Shown here: positions 53,362 to 64,000 of the stretch, one piece after another
How positions within the stretch are numbered: the first letter of the stretch is position 1
Layout: every line of letters begins with the position of its first letter
Assembly: GCF_000143415.4 (NCBI RefSeq)
Contig: NW_003314268.1
Span: 728,128-792,127 of the forward strand
Direction: 5' to 3'
Length of the DNA stretch: 64,000 nt
Source: Selaginella moellendorffii
Lineage: Eukaryota; Plantae; Lycopodiophyta
The notes under the pieces: model-generated
Seen by the model: only the letters and a program-made list of their open reading frames with translations
The model's database searches: none
Told to the model about the DNA's origin: nothing
Made by a program: the position numbers and the translations under genes

Positions 53362-54545
53362 AGATGGAAAGGGACTAGATAGGGACTGAAAAAGGGATAT
53401 TAAGGAAGGGTGTTTTTTATGTCTTTGGGCATCCTAAGGATGCTAAGATGTGGTCATAAGATGACCACTCATGGACAGATGGCCCAGTCTTTGGGAGACA
53501 ACATTATGGTATAGGTGGTTTTGGGATACTAGTTAGATAAAGGTGAATGGATATAACTTTAGTATAAGAGGATATGTCATTCGTATCTTTGGGTGTTTAT
53601 CATGGGATTGGACATTTAGAGCATTTGGACCAAGTGCAAAAGCTGAGTGGCATACAAGTCATTCATGAGGCTAACAAGTCCTTAAGATGGGAATAAAATT
53701 TATAAAAATGGTGAGTGAAACTCCTCCAAGTGGTCAAAGGTGTGGTTAAGTGATTTAGTTGCTTATATAAGGAGGATGTTCTAAATATTACTTTCTATAA
53801 CCCATTTAATTTATATAAATTTTTGGCGATGCTGTATAGATTGAATAATTCTTTGGAGACTTTTTGGATGATATTCTTTACAATATGTTAAAAGTGACTA
53901 TTAATTTCATTGATAATGTCTTGATCCACTTTAAGGGGACATAGGAGGAACACACTTATGATGTTTGTAAAACATTGGGATCAGCTATAGGAAGTTAGTT
54001 TGACATTGATACGGTTAAAATGAATATATCTTGAGTATTATATTTTTCATGCAAATTTACAAATTGATTCTGAAAAACTTGTAAATGTTATGAAGTTCTC
54101 TACTCCAAAGTGCGTGAACAATATGCAACACTTTCTTGGCAAGGTGCAATATCTTTTTCATGTTATTGTCTTTTTTATCATTGCAAGTATTAATGAAGTT
54201 GTTCATATTATTTTTCATCTAATTTGGGATTGTGAACAGACATTCGCAAATCTCAAAGATGTGTTGACAACTTTTCTAGTTTTTGACTATTTTGACTACA
54301 CTCAACCTTTTGTAGATGCTTTTGACATTATCTCAAAAGTGTGTTGTTGCTAAAGAGCATGATTGTATTTGGTAAATATAATTCTATTGTGTATATTAGC
54401 CATATGTTGCAACTAATGGAGGTGAACTACTCCATGATAACAAAAGTTTCAAAAAGATTTATGCGTATTTACATAGTTTTTAGACATTGCTAAAAAATGA
54501 TTATGTTGCAGTCTTTTCATTATTAAAGTGGAAAAATTTTGCTAG

Positions 54546-55242
54546 TGTAGTGCATGTGATCATGGGATGAGATTTGGATATACTGTCATTGTGGATCTTT
54601 GGAACCTTCGGGAATAAATAGGGATAAAATAACCACTAAAGGCTCTCTCATCCTTTTTCAGTTGGTTTAAGGGGAGAAAGATAGTGTGGTATTGGAGCAA
54701 ATGGCACGGGTTCAAATCCTATTGATTAGTAGTTACTTAAAAATATAATATACCCTTGAGAAACATATATTCCTACTCCTACTCCTAAATTTGAAATTGT
54801 ATGTATTGGGCATCCATGCATACATCCTTCCTCTTGGTAGAGCATCCACGAATGAAAGTATCCACTGTGGGACTGCGGTATAAATGGATGACTAGTTACC
54901 TCACATGGAATAGCTAGTTTACACAATGAAAGGATTAGTAAATTCAGTACAAAAATGGAAGTGTTGGTTCCCTTGGAATAACTAGTTTATATAATGGAAA
55001 GATTAGTAGATTTAGTGCAGAAATGGAGGTGTTGATTCCCTTTGGCTTAGTAGGGGTTATTAGTCAATATTAAATGAGGACATTAACATCTTTGAAGGGG
55101 GGTGAGTGTAACATATGTGATTATGGAATGAGATTTGGATATACTATCATTGTGGGAGATAAAATAGCTACTAAAAGCTCTTTTATTAATTAATTGCCCC
55201 TTTTCCAATTGTCTTAAGGGGAGAGAGATAGGGTGCACCATA
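54546..55242 (+). mobile_element. TRIM paralogue in inverted copy 3
   Basis: Reverse complement of 9513-10159, flanked by GCTAG/ACTAG, with PBS tggtattggagc and PPT gaaggggggtgag. Confidence 0.85.
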
Positions 55243-56349
55243 ACTAGTTTTACAATTTAGTGGGATATAAAGTTTTTAGCTATATAACTTTGAGGTTGTT
55301 TATTGACCTAGGGAGCTCTTTAGGTAATGCTAATACCCTTTCTTGACCTCTCCTTTTTTTACTCTCTTTATATATTTTTAACAAATTTATTGTTTCAACA
55401 TTAGTAGATTTTCTAAACAAAGATTTTCTATCATTAGCAATTGTTGTGTTTGATATTCAATGTTTACAAGATCTAGAGCTTTTGTGAGACTAAAAAAGAT
55501 AAGCTTTGGATTTGAAGGATTTGTGGGTGGTTTAGGAATTCTATATTAGTTATGGATGACTTGCTATTTTGATAGTTATATTTTCAATATCACCTTGAGG
55601 ATGACCATTTTTACTTTATGAAGACTGATTTTGATACATATTTGAGGCTAGTGGTGCCTTATTCTATATTTTCTCCACACCCATAATAACTCTTCTATTC
55701 AAGTTAGGCATACGAAATATCATCATATGACTGAGAAGTTATATAAATTTTTCTATTGGTCAAAGATATGACATGATGTTATTTGGTATGAAACATTTCT
55801 TGAAAGTGGCAGAATTGCACTCAATCAGTAAAAGAGCATTCTTTTTCACCAAATTTGTTACACCCTCTGTCATTACATTTATCTCCAACTCATGATCATT
55901 ATCCTTACTATCCTCTCTTTCATTCTCTTGTGTGGTTTAGTTATGTTGTGCAATGGGATAGTTATTGCATCTCCTAGCCCTTAAACCCTGGGAAGAAAGA
56001 TTGTGAGAATTAAAATTACCAACACTAAAACCATAGATATTTGTGTGTATTTCCCTTTTTTCAAATGAGAGTGTGAATGAAGATTTCTAAATTCTAAACA
56101 GTATGCTATGACAAACCCCTCAAAAATGCATTCTAGAAAGAACCAAGTCCTTCTTTTATATGCAATAAGCTTACATCAACGGTTATTTTTTTCCTTTTCA
56201 AACGGTTATATAGCTTTACATAGAATCTTATTTCAAATTTAATAATTTTTTAAGTCTAACAAACCTGACATTTACTAGCTAGAAAGCACAGAGTACAAAT
56301 TTAAAGAAGTTACAAGAATACTCTTTTTGAAAAAAATTTATTTTATGTT

Positions 56350-56580
56350 CTAACAAACGTCCCTATCATTGCATGTAGTAAATATTTAGAATATTAGAAC
56401 AACAAGTGTCCTTTAGAACATTTTTATCTATATAATATATAAATAATTATGAAATTATTAGGTTTTCCATAACCTTAAAATTTTAAAGTTTATAATGTTT
56501 GTACTAAATTACAATTGAAAATTGAGCTCAACTCGTGAGCTCAACTCTTCAACTCGTGAGCTCAAGTATGGTCTACACCC
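56350..56580. repeat. AT-rich repeat ending gtatggtc(ta)caccc with gagctcaac subterminal repeats; second copy 63490-63713; probable DNA-transposon end
   Basis: Two direct copies whose similarity stops at the same CCC. No partner end was found. Confidence 0.55.
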
Positions 56581-56584
56581 ATTA

Positions 56585-57804
56585 TTACAATACAAAAAGG
56601 TAACCAAATCCATACCCAAGGAACGAATGCGAAGTCTTTACACCCAAATGTGTACCCACTCGGATCATCATTTTCATCTTTGCATATGCAACAAGACTAG
56701 TTGCCCAATCTCATTAGATAGTACTCGTCAAGACTCATCCTTTAATACCAAATGTAGCACATGTGGTTTTTAGCCTTTATTCTATAGTGATTTACCATAG
56801 GATAACCACAAAGCAAAACTTAAACCCTCCATGTGCCACATTTCATATGCCACATGTCTAAAGGACAGTGGCGTGAAACCCGAGTTTCAGGGCCTTGGGC
56901 CATTGAATGAAGGAATGGTGCCAAACTCCCAAGCATGGAGCCAAGGAGCAGAACAACTTGGAATAGTGCTAGAACATCCAACATCCCAATGCTAGGACTA
57001 ATACACAAAACGAAATCAAATGAAGTTTAGTGCTATTTTAGCATACCGGTGGCCTAACGTGAGGATATGGGTACTCCATCAGCTAGCATAGAATGGAACT
57101 TGGGCTTAGACCCAAGCTAGATACAAAACAAAGATAGGCACGCAAACAAGAGTTAGACTATGCCTCAGGTTAGTCAGCCATGCCTGACCTACCCACTATC
57201 CCTACTATACATTTGGAACCCCCTATATCCTCCCTCCCCCCCCTTTGAGGAACACACGCTTTGGGCTCTCACCCCAAACCTCCTTTAGTATCAGGACTTA
57301 CTCTCTAGGACAAGCTTGAAACTTACAAAATGTCTTTAGATTGCAAATTTGGACACAGGATGAACACCATTGTGTTCAGGACAATCTCTACATTCCGTAA
57401 ATATGCCAAATGAGTGAATCTAGACACTTTCCATAAATAGTATTTGGACCAAAATAACACTAACAAAAAGGGCATGATAGCGAGGGTGTTTGGTAAGCTA
57501 TCATCCAGCGATATTGAGGGAGCAATCTCAATACACGAGGGTTCTTGTCAAGCTAGTGCAAGACAAAGCAAAAGAGAACTAAGAGTCAATCTGAGTATGC
57601 TCAGCTAAAAACACATAGGAGTTCCTACCTTATGTCCATCTGGCTAAGTACAAGTGTTAAGCTCAGTAAACTAACACTTAAACAAGAAGGGCTGATAAAA
57701 GGAACTAGCAATATCGACCTCCTACTATTGTGGTAATAAGGAAAGAATATCCAAAAGAACTAGCCGATAGGTAACTTTCAATACCCGAAGTCACATTCGT
57801 GATA
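56585..57804 (-). mobile_element. Truncated third element (5' LTR 56753-57804, PBS and ~170 bp interior) nested into the 3' LTR of 57805-63021
   Basis: LTR homology, PBS rc tggtattaaag next to 56753, and 56585-56752 matches 30466-30630. Confidence 0.8.
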
Positions 57805-60129
57805 TTAGGTAATAGCATGTAGGAATTCCATCCTTATACTCGTCTGGTCTAAGTACACTCGAAATGCCCAATTAACTCCACTAGTACAAAAATGACTGAT
57901 AAATGGTCCAATAATACTGATCTCTTGCCGTCGTAGTAGTAAAAAAAGAATATCTGAAAGGACTAGCAGATGGTAACTTTTAATGCTCGAAGGCACATTC
58001 GCGACACTCTCCCCCCTTAGGGAAGATCGATGTTTTTCTTCTTGTGGATATTGGAAGGATCAAGTATCCAAGCTATAGGTGCGCTAGAACAATGCCAGTC
58101 TTTGCTTCTTGAGGAACTCCTGCTCACCGTTTAGAAAGAACAACGTCCTTATTGATGCATACTCGATTCTAGACCACTAGCAAAATAATAACTTTAGGAA
58201 AAAGTTTATGGTGATAGTGAGAAATGCACCAATTTAGATGAGTTAGGGTAACGTCTTTGTCTAATGTGTATGCACTACCAACTCAGACACCTTCCGGCTA
58301 TTGCCGACAAGAAAATGACCAATGGAGTCAGCCACTCTTGCTGCTCTAGATATCACCCAACTTACAAAAGTGTGATACACCCCTACCTACAGGGACATAG
58401 AGAGAGAAGCCAAAGGCCCCAATTCTCTTGAGCAAAGAAACTAAACCTGTTAGTAAGGTTTAGATAGACTACTATAAATAGGCAATTAGAATTGTTTACA
58501 TAGTCACGCCTTTTGAATAGAATAAGGAACATCAATAAAGAGGCAGGTGATGTGACCAGTGGACAGTAACTACCCCATGACTAAAGATTTCACCATGCAC
58601 ACGAAGTGCCGATCCTCCACAACACCATTTAGTAAGCTGATCACTAATAAATCTTCATCTAGGGAAGCAAGTGTTAACAGTCCTTGACAAAGTCTACAAG
58701 TAATCATTAGTTGCAAAGCAACTAACAATCACTTTTCAACTTGCCTTCGCAAGACCCAAACACTAAACTCATGTCATTGAGTTATATACTTGCCAAACAT
58801 GAACATAATACTTAGGTACGAGATAAGGTTCATGGACAAGCATAAACTAAATCATACAATAATAAGCTCACTAACATATTTAGTCACTAACTTTGAGCAT
58901 GCCTTGAATAGGCTAGCTATACATGATCAACACTTAGTCGAAACTAAAGTGAAGACCATGAGATGGACTCATATCAGTACACAACCTCCTTATAAATATA
59001 AGTATTAACATTTTAACTTCAAACAACTAAGTTAGACATCACTATTCTTAGCTAAGGCACAAGGCTACCAAGATTAAATTAGGATCAATGAGAACTCACT
59101 ACTCTCATAGAGTTTAATGAAATGCAAGATGCAACTTGCCACCAAACATAACCCTATAAAAAAAGGCATAAGGGTCACTTTTCTAGAAAAGCATAATGAC
59201 CACTTTTCTACACGAACTCCAAACTCTATCCAACTCAATTGCCTTAACCCCAAAAGCTAGCATATCTTTTCAGGCTGCATCATATAAATTACTTTCTAAG
59301 GTTTAAGCCAATCAAAATCAATTCCAACCCCTTCACTAGTTTGTATTGGCTTACAAAAATGGAATAATTTTTAAGCAAAGTGATCAACAAATCAGCCAAT
59401 TGGAAAAGTTTAAAAATATTTGTAGAAAATTTCCATCCTAGAGAAAGAATGATTCTCAGTTTAGGAATACAAACTTTCAAGACTCAATCAACTTCATCTT
59501 ATTAACAACTTCATATAGGTTCACCTCAACACAAATTCTTATCATCTAACAATATGTTTAAGCATCGAACATCTTTGCCCATTTTTCTAACATTTAACAT
59601 TGATATCAGCAAAATGCAAAATGAATATCAAAGATTCAATCATGAAAACCATATTTTCAAATATCCACATTGCACTAACACTTTTCTTCAATCATCTTCA
59701 AGATCCAATATGAAGCCAAAACACTAACAAAAAAAATGACATAGAAAATCGAACTTTAAAGAAAATTCCTCATCACTCAACTACAATTCCACTAACCTAA
59801 CTATTAGTGATGTCAATGCCTCAATTACACACCTTCTCCATCCAATAATTTACTCCAAGTGCTAATGGATAAAACAACAAGCCATAGCAAATAAATGCTA
59901 TAATCCTTTCCAACACCTCATAGGCAAACTTTCTAGGAAACAAAGTACCAACTTAAGCATAGCATAATGGACTATTATTGAGAATCTAGTCAAAGTTACT
60001 ACAATACTACTACTTGTAAGTAGATTAGCTTCACCATCAACCACATTGCTCACTATCACATAGATATGATATAAAAATCATAATGACTTGATCATCAATT
60101 AAGCAACACCATAAGTAACACCTATATCA

Positions 60130-60417
60130 ATGCTTTATTTCGTTAAAGTGGGACTTATTCAGTAAAGTGGGACATTAATTAGCATGTGTCCACATGCCAT
60201 TTCCTAGTACTTAATTAATATTTATTAATATTTCTATCAGTTTTTTAATTTATTTTTTTATATTTCACAATATTATAACACAAAATCATATGAAAAGTTT
60301 TTAATTTATAAATTATAAAGTTAAAACTTCAATTTTTTATTGTTGTTATAAAAATGGCATGTGGCCACACACCATAAGTGGGATAATGAAAAGTCCCACT
60401 TTAACGAAATAAAGCAT
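60130..60417. mobile_element. MITE, second copy in opposite orientation, 4-bp TSD ATCA
   Basis: 27-bp perfect TIR and near-identical rc of 10176-10463. Empty site at ~31512 in the sister LTR element. Confidence 0.93.
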
Positions 60418-61235
60418 ATCATTACTTCAAAGGTTTATATGACTATCAAGCGCCAACTCAATTTGATAAAATGCAACATAAATGCCACACTCCACCAATA
60501 AAGATTTACAACACTCAATACCACTAACTTTTGTTAACAACATGGACAAACTCATGCCACTCTCTTTCCGACCAAACTCAAAATTAATCCTACACCAAGC
60601 TACTCAAGGAGCAATAGTAAGGTTTCCCAAAAAAGAATTAAGCATTGTAACTCAAGTCTTCAATAGCAAACCTAGATAAAATGGTTTAGCACTTCACCAC
60701 TATCCATCCCATAACTCACCAACATGTATCAAGATATGGACTCTTGATTGTATAATGTGAATATGAGCAATGAGTTAACATTTTATTGCAAATCATCTCT
60801 CCAAGAAGAGAAGATGATTTACATGTTTGATCCTTCATCACTAATAACTTCCTTTTTAGTCTCATCTTTGACTAAACCTTAGGCTTGCTTTCACACTGCC
60901 TTCAGTCCAATACAAGAAAAGTTTATGAGAGAGCACGGCAATGATTACTTGAACTAATAAACTAATCCCTACAATCTTGATTGATCCATATATAATCATG
61001 CTTAGGAAGGATCCACTAGTGCCGTGCTAAACAGTTATGAACTTGCCTCTTTGCCACTCATAGCAAACCCAGGGGAGGTTTACTTTTACCTATGATACAT
61101 GGAACAACTCATGGAACCACTGATAGGCTAACATTAATCCTGCTAAGTCAAAATGTAACCTTAAATTGCTAATATGCTTAATTCATGAGCTTAAGTGCAA
61201 ACTCATACAAACGGAACATCTTATTCCATCTTATG

Positions 61236-61910
61236 TGTAGCACACTCTATTTTTCTTCCTTTAACCCAATTGAAAAAGGGGCAATTGCTTGATGAAAGAG
61301 CCCTTAGTGGCTATTTTATCCCCATTTATCCCCCAATGTTTCAAAGATTTACAGTGATAGTATATCCAAATCTCATCCCATGATCACATGCCCTACACTC
61401 AACCCCCCTTCAACGATGTCAATGTCCTCATTGACTATTGATTAACAACCCCTATTGAGCCAAGGAGAATCAACACTTCCATTTTCATACTGAATTTACC
61501 AATTTTTTTATTGTGTAAATTAATTATTCCATGTGAGGCAATTAGTCATCCACCTATACTACAGTCCCACGGTAGATACTTTCGTCTGTGGATACTCCAC
61601 ACAAAAGGAAAAACGTATGCATGGATACCTAATACATACAATTTCAAATTTAGGGGTAGGAATATACCTTGGCTTAAGGGTATATTATATTTTTAAGTAG
61701 TCACTAATCAATAGGAATTGAACTCGTGCCATTTCCTCCGATACCACGTGTAGCACACTATATCTCTCTCTCCTTAAGCCAACTAAAAAAGGGGCAATTG
61801 CTTGATAAGAGACCCCTTAGTGGCTATTTTATTCCCATTTATCCCCAAAGATTTCAAGGATCCACAATGATAGTATATCTAAATCTCATCCCATGATCAC
61901 ATGAGCTACA
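61236..61910 (-). mobile_element. TRIM, complete (675 bp; 162 bp LTRs 61236-61397 and 61749-61910)
   Basis: TGTAG...CTACA LTRs, PBS rc TGGTATCGGAG at 61736-61746, PPT rc GAAGGGGGGTTGAG at 61398-61411. Flanks TTATG/CTATA derive from CTATG, which is seen once at the empty site ~30654. Confidence 0.92.
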
Positions 61911-63021
61911 CTATAAGCCTACGAGCAAGCTCACATAATATGGAACAAAAAGGTAACTAAATTCATACTCAAGGAATCTATGTGAAGTCTTAGAACCCAA
62001 ATATGTACCCACTTGAATCATCATTTTCATCTCTGCATATGCAATGAGATTAGTTGCCCAATCTCATTGGATAGTATTCGATGAGACGTATCCTCTGATA
62101 CCAAATGTAGCGCATGTGGTTTTTGCCTTCCTATAGTGGTTTACCATAGGATAACCATGAAATGAAACTTAAACTCTCCATATACTATATATCACATGCC
62201 ACATGCCACATATCCAAAGGACAGTGGTGTAGAACTTGAGTTTCAAAGCTTTGGGTCATTGAATGAAGGAACGGAGCCAAACTTCCAAGCATGAAGCCAA
62301 GAAGCAAAGGAATCAGAGTATGGAGTGACTCTTGAGTGTATAACTTAAAGAGCGAAGGAATAGGAGCACAGAGTGACTTGGAATAGTTCTAGAGTATCCA
62401 ACATCCCAATGTTAAAACCAACACGTAGAACAGAGCCAAACGAAGTCTGACACTATTTCAACATACTGGTGACCTAATGCAAGGATATAGGTACTTCACC
62501 AACTAGCATAGTATGGAATCTGGGCTTAGACCCAAGCTAAACATAGAACAAGGATAGGCATGTAAGTGGAAGTTAGACTATATCTTACATTGGTTGGTCA
62601 TGCTCGACCTATCTACCCACTATCCCTACTATATATTTGGAACTCCCCATAACCCCCCCTTCTGAGAAACACGTGCTTTAAGCTTTCACCCTTAGCCACC
62701 CTTAGTATCATGAATTAATCTTTAGGACAAGCTTAAAACTTATTAAATATAGAATGTTTTTAGATTGCAAATTTGGACACGAGACGAACACCATTGTGTT
62801 CAGGACAATCTACATATTTCGTAGATATGCCAAATGAGCAAATCTAGACACTTTCTATAAATAGCATTTAAGACCGAAATGAGACTAACAAAAAGGGCAT
62901 GATAACAAAGGTGTTTGGTAGACACAATAAGCTATCATATAGCGATATTGTGGGACTCATTTGAATATATGAGGGTTCTTGTCACTAACCAATGCAACAC
63001 ATAACGAGACAGAAACTCCTT

Positions 63022-63489
63022 NNNNNNNNNNNNNNNNNNNNNNNNNNNNNNNNNNNNNNNNNNNNNNNNNNNNNNNNNNNNNNNNNNNNNNNNNNNNNNN
63101 NNNNNNNNNNNNNNNNNNNNNNNNNNNNNNNNNNNNNNNNNNNNNNNNNNNNNNNNNNNNNNNNNNNNNNNNNNNNNNNNNNNNNNNNNNNNNNNNNNNN
63201 NNNNNNNNNNNNNNNNNNNNNNNNNNNNNNNNNNNNNNNNNNNNNNNNNNNNNNNNNNNNNNNNNNNNNNNNNNNNNNNNNNNNNNNNNNNNNNNNNNNN
63301 NNNNNNNNNNNNNNNNNNNNNNNNNNNNNNNNNNNNNNNNNNNNNNNNNNNNNNNNNNNNNNNNNNNNNNNNNNNNNNNNNNNNNNNNNNNNNNNNNNNN
63401 NNNNNNNNNNNNNNNNNNNNNNNNNNNNNNNNNNNNNNNNNNNNNNNNNNNNNNNNNNNNNNNNNNNNNNNNNNNNNNNNNNNNNNNNN
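63022..63489. other. Assembly gap (468 N)
   Basis: Run of N. Confidence 1.
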
Positions 63490-64000
63490 CAACATCCCTA
63501 TTATGGCATGTAGTAAATATTTAAATTGTTAAAACAAGAAGTATCCTTTAGAACATTTTTATCTATATAATATGTAAAGAGTTATAAAATTATTAAGTTT
63601 GCCATAACCTTAATATTTTAAAAAATTTAATGTTTGTAATAAACTACAATTGAAAATTGAGCTCAACTCATGAGCTCAACTCTTCAACTTATAAACTCAA
63701 GTATGGTCCACCCTCAGGATATGCAACTTATATTTAGACACGTTAAGGTAGAGTGGTCAAATATAGAAAAGCTACCTAGCATTTGCATCATGACCAAAGC
63801 CTAATGAAGAAGGGCTGAATCTGAAAGCCAAGATAAAGTAGAAATCATCTTTAACTCTCAATAACGCCAAAAGAAAAAGATTAATGCAGAAATCACTTAA
63901 CAACTCCAACAATTGCAACTACAAGTCAATTAAGAGAATGGTGTTTTAACATAAAGAGTTTCACACTTTTATATACTGACATGAATTTACCACTAGCAAA

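Larger units (their letters stand above)
47510..55790 (-). repeat. Block B, copy 3 (inverted)
   Basis: Reverse complement of ~16760..8970. Carries its own solo LTR at 51735-52629. Confidence 0.9.
57805..63021 (-). mobile_element. Second copy of the same LTR element, internally deleted, 3' LTR truncated, 5' LTR running into the gap
   Basis: 5' LTR from 62106, PBS TGGTATCAGAG (rc of 62093-62103), PPT at 58007-58022, 3' LTR remnant 57805-58006. The interior matches 30466-35440 minus ~33110-34935. Confidence 0.88.

Noticed and set aside
62935-63524. Long ORFs of 173-186 aa
   Set aside because: Artefacts of the N gap.

Overview
Eukaryotic, repeat-rich plant DNA. Short 50-70 bp introns, GC-rich exons and tRNA-iMet-primed LTR elements suggest a compact early-land-plant genome such as Selaginella (inference only). 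The window holds three copies of one large segment. Copy 1 is 1-19003, copy 2 is 19004-40173 (direct), and copy 3 is 40170-55790 (inverted, spanning the B-A junction of the tandem unit). Each unit has a GC-rich block A and an AT-rich block B. Block A carries a 3-exon orphan gene for an E/K/Q-rich protein of about 522 aa (complete in copies 1 and 2), a scrambled BTB/POZ At3g05675-like pseudogene patchwork and an LRR fragment. Block B is a decayed Ty3/gypsy gag-PR...RT-RH-INT remnant with nested insertions. Insertions with visible termini and target-site duplications (TSDs) are a 7.26 kb non-autonomous LTR element, two solo LTRs, a 675 bp TRIM family and a 288 bp MITE with unusual ATGC termini and a 4-bp TSD. 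A second, nested and deleted copy of the 7.26 kb element lies at 57805-63021. Paralogous empty sites inside the window confirm several insertions. No RNA genes, CRISPR arrays or prokaryotic systems were found. All identities quoted are by-eye estimates, not computed alignments.
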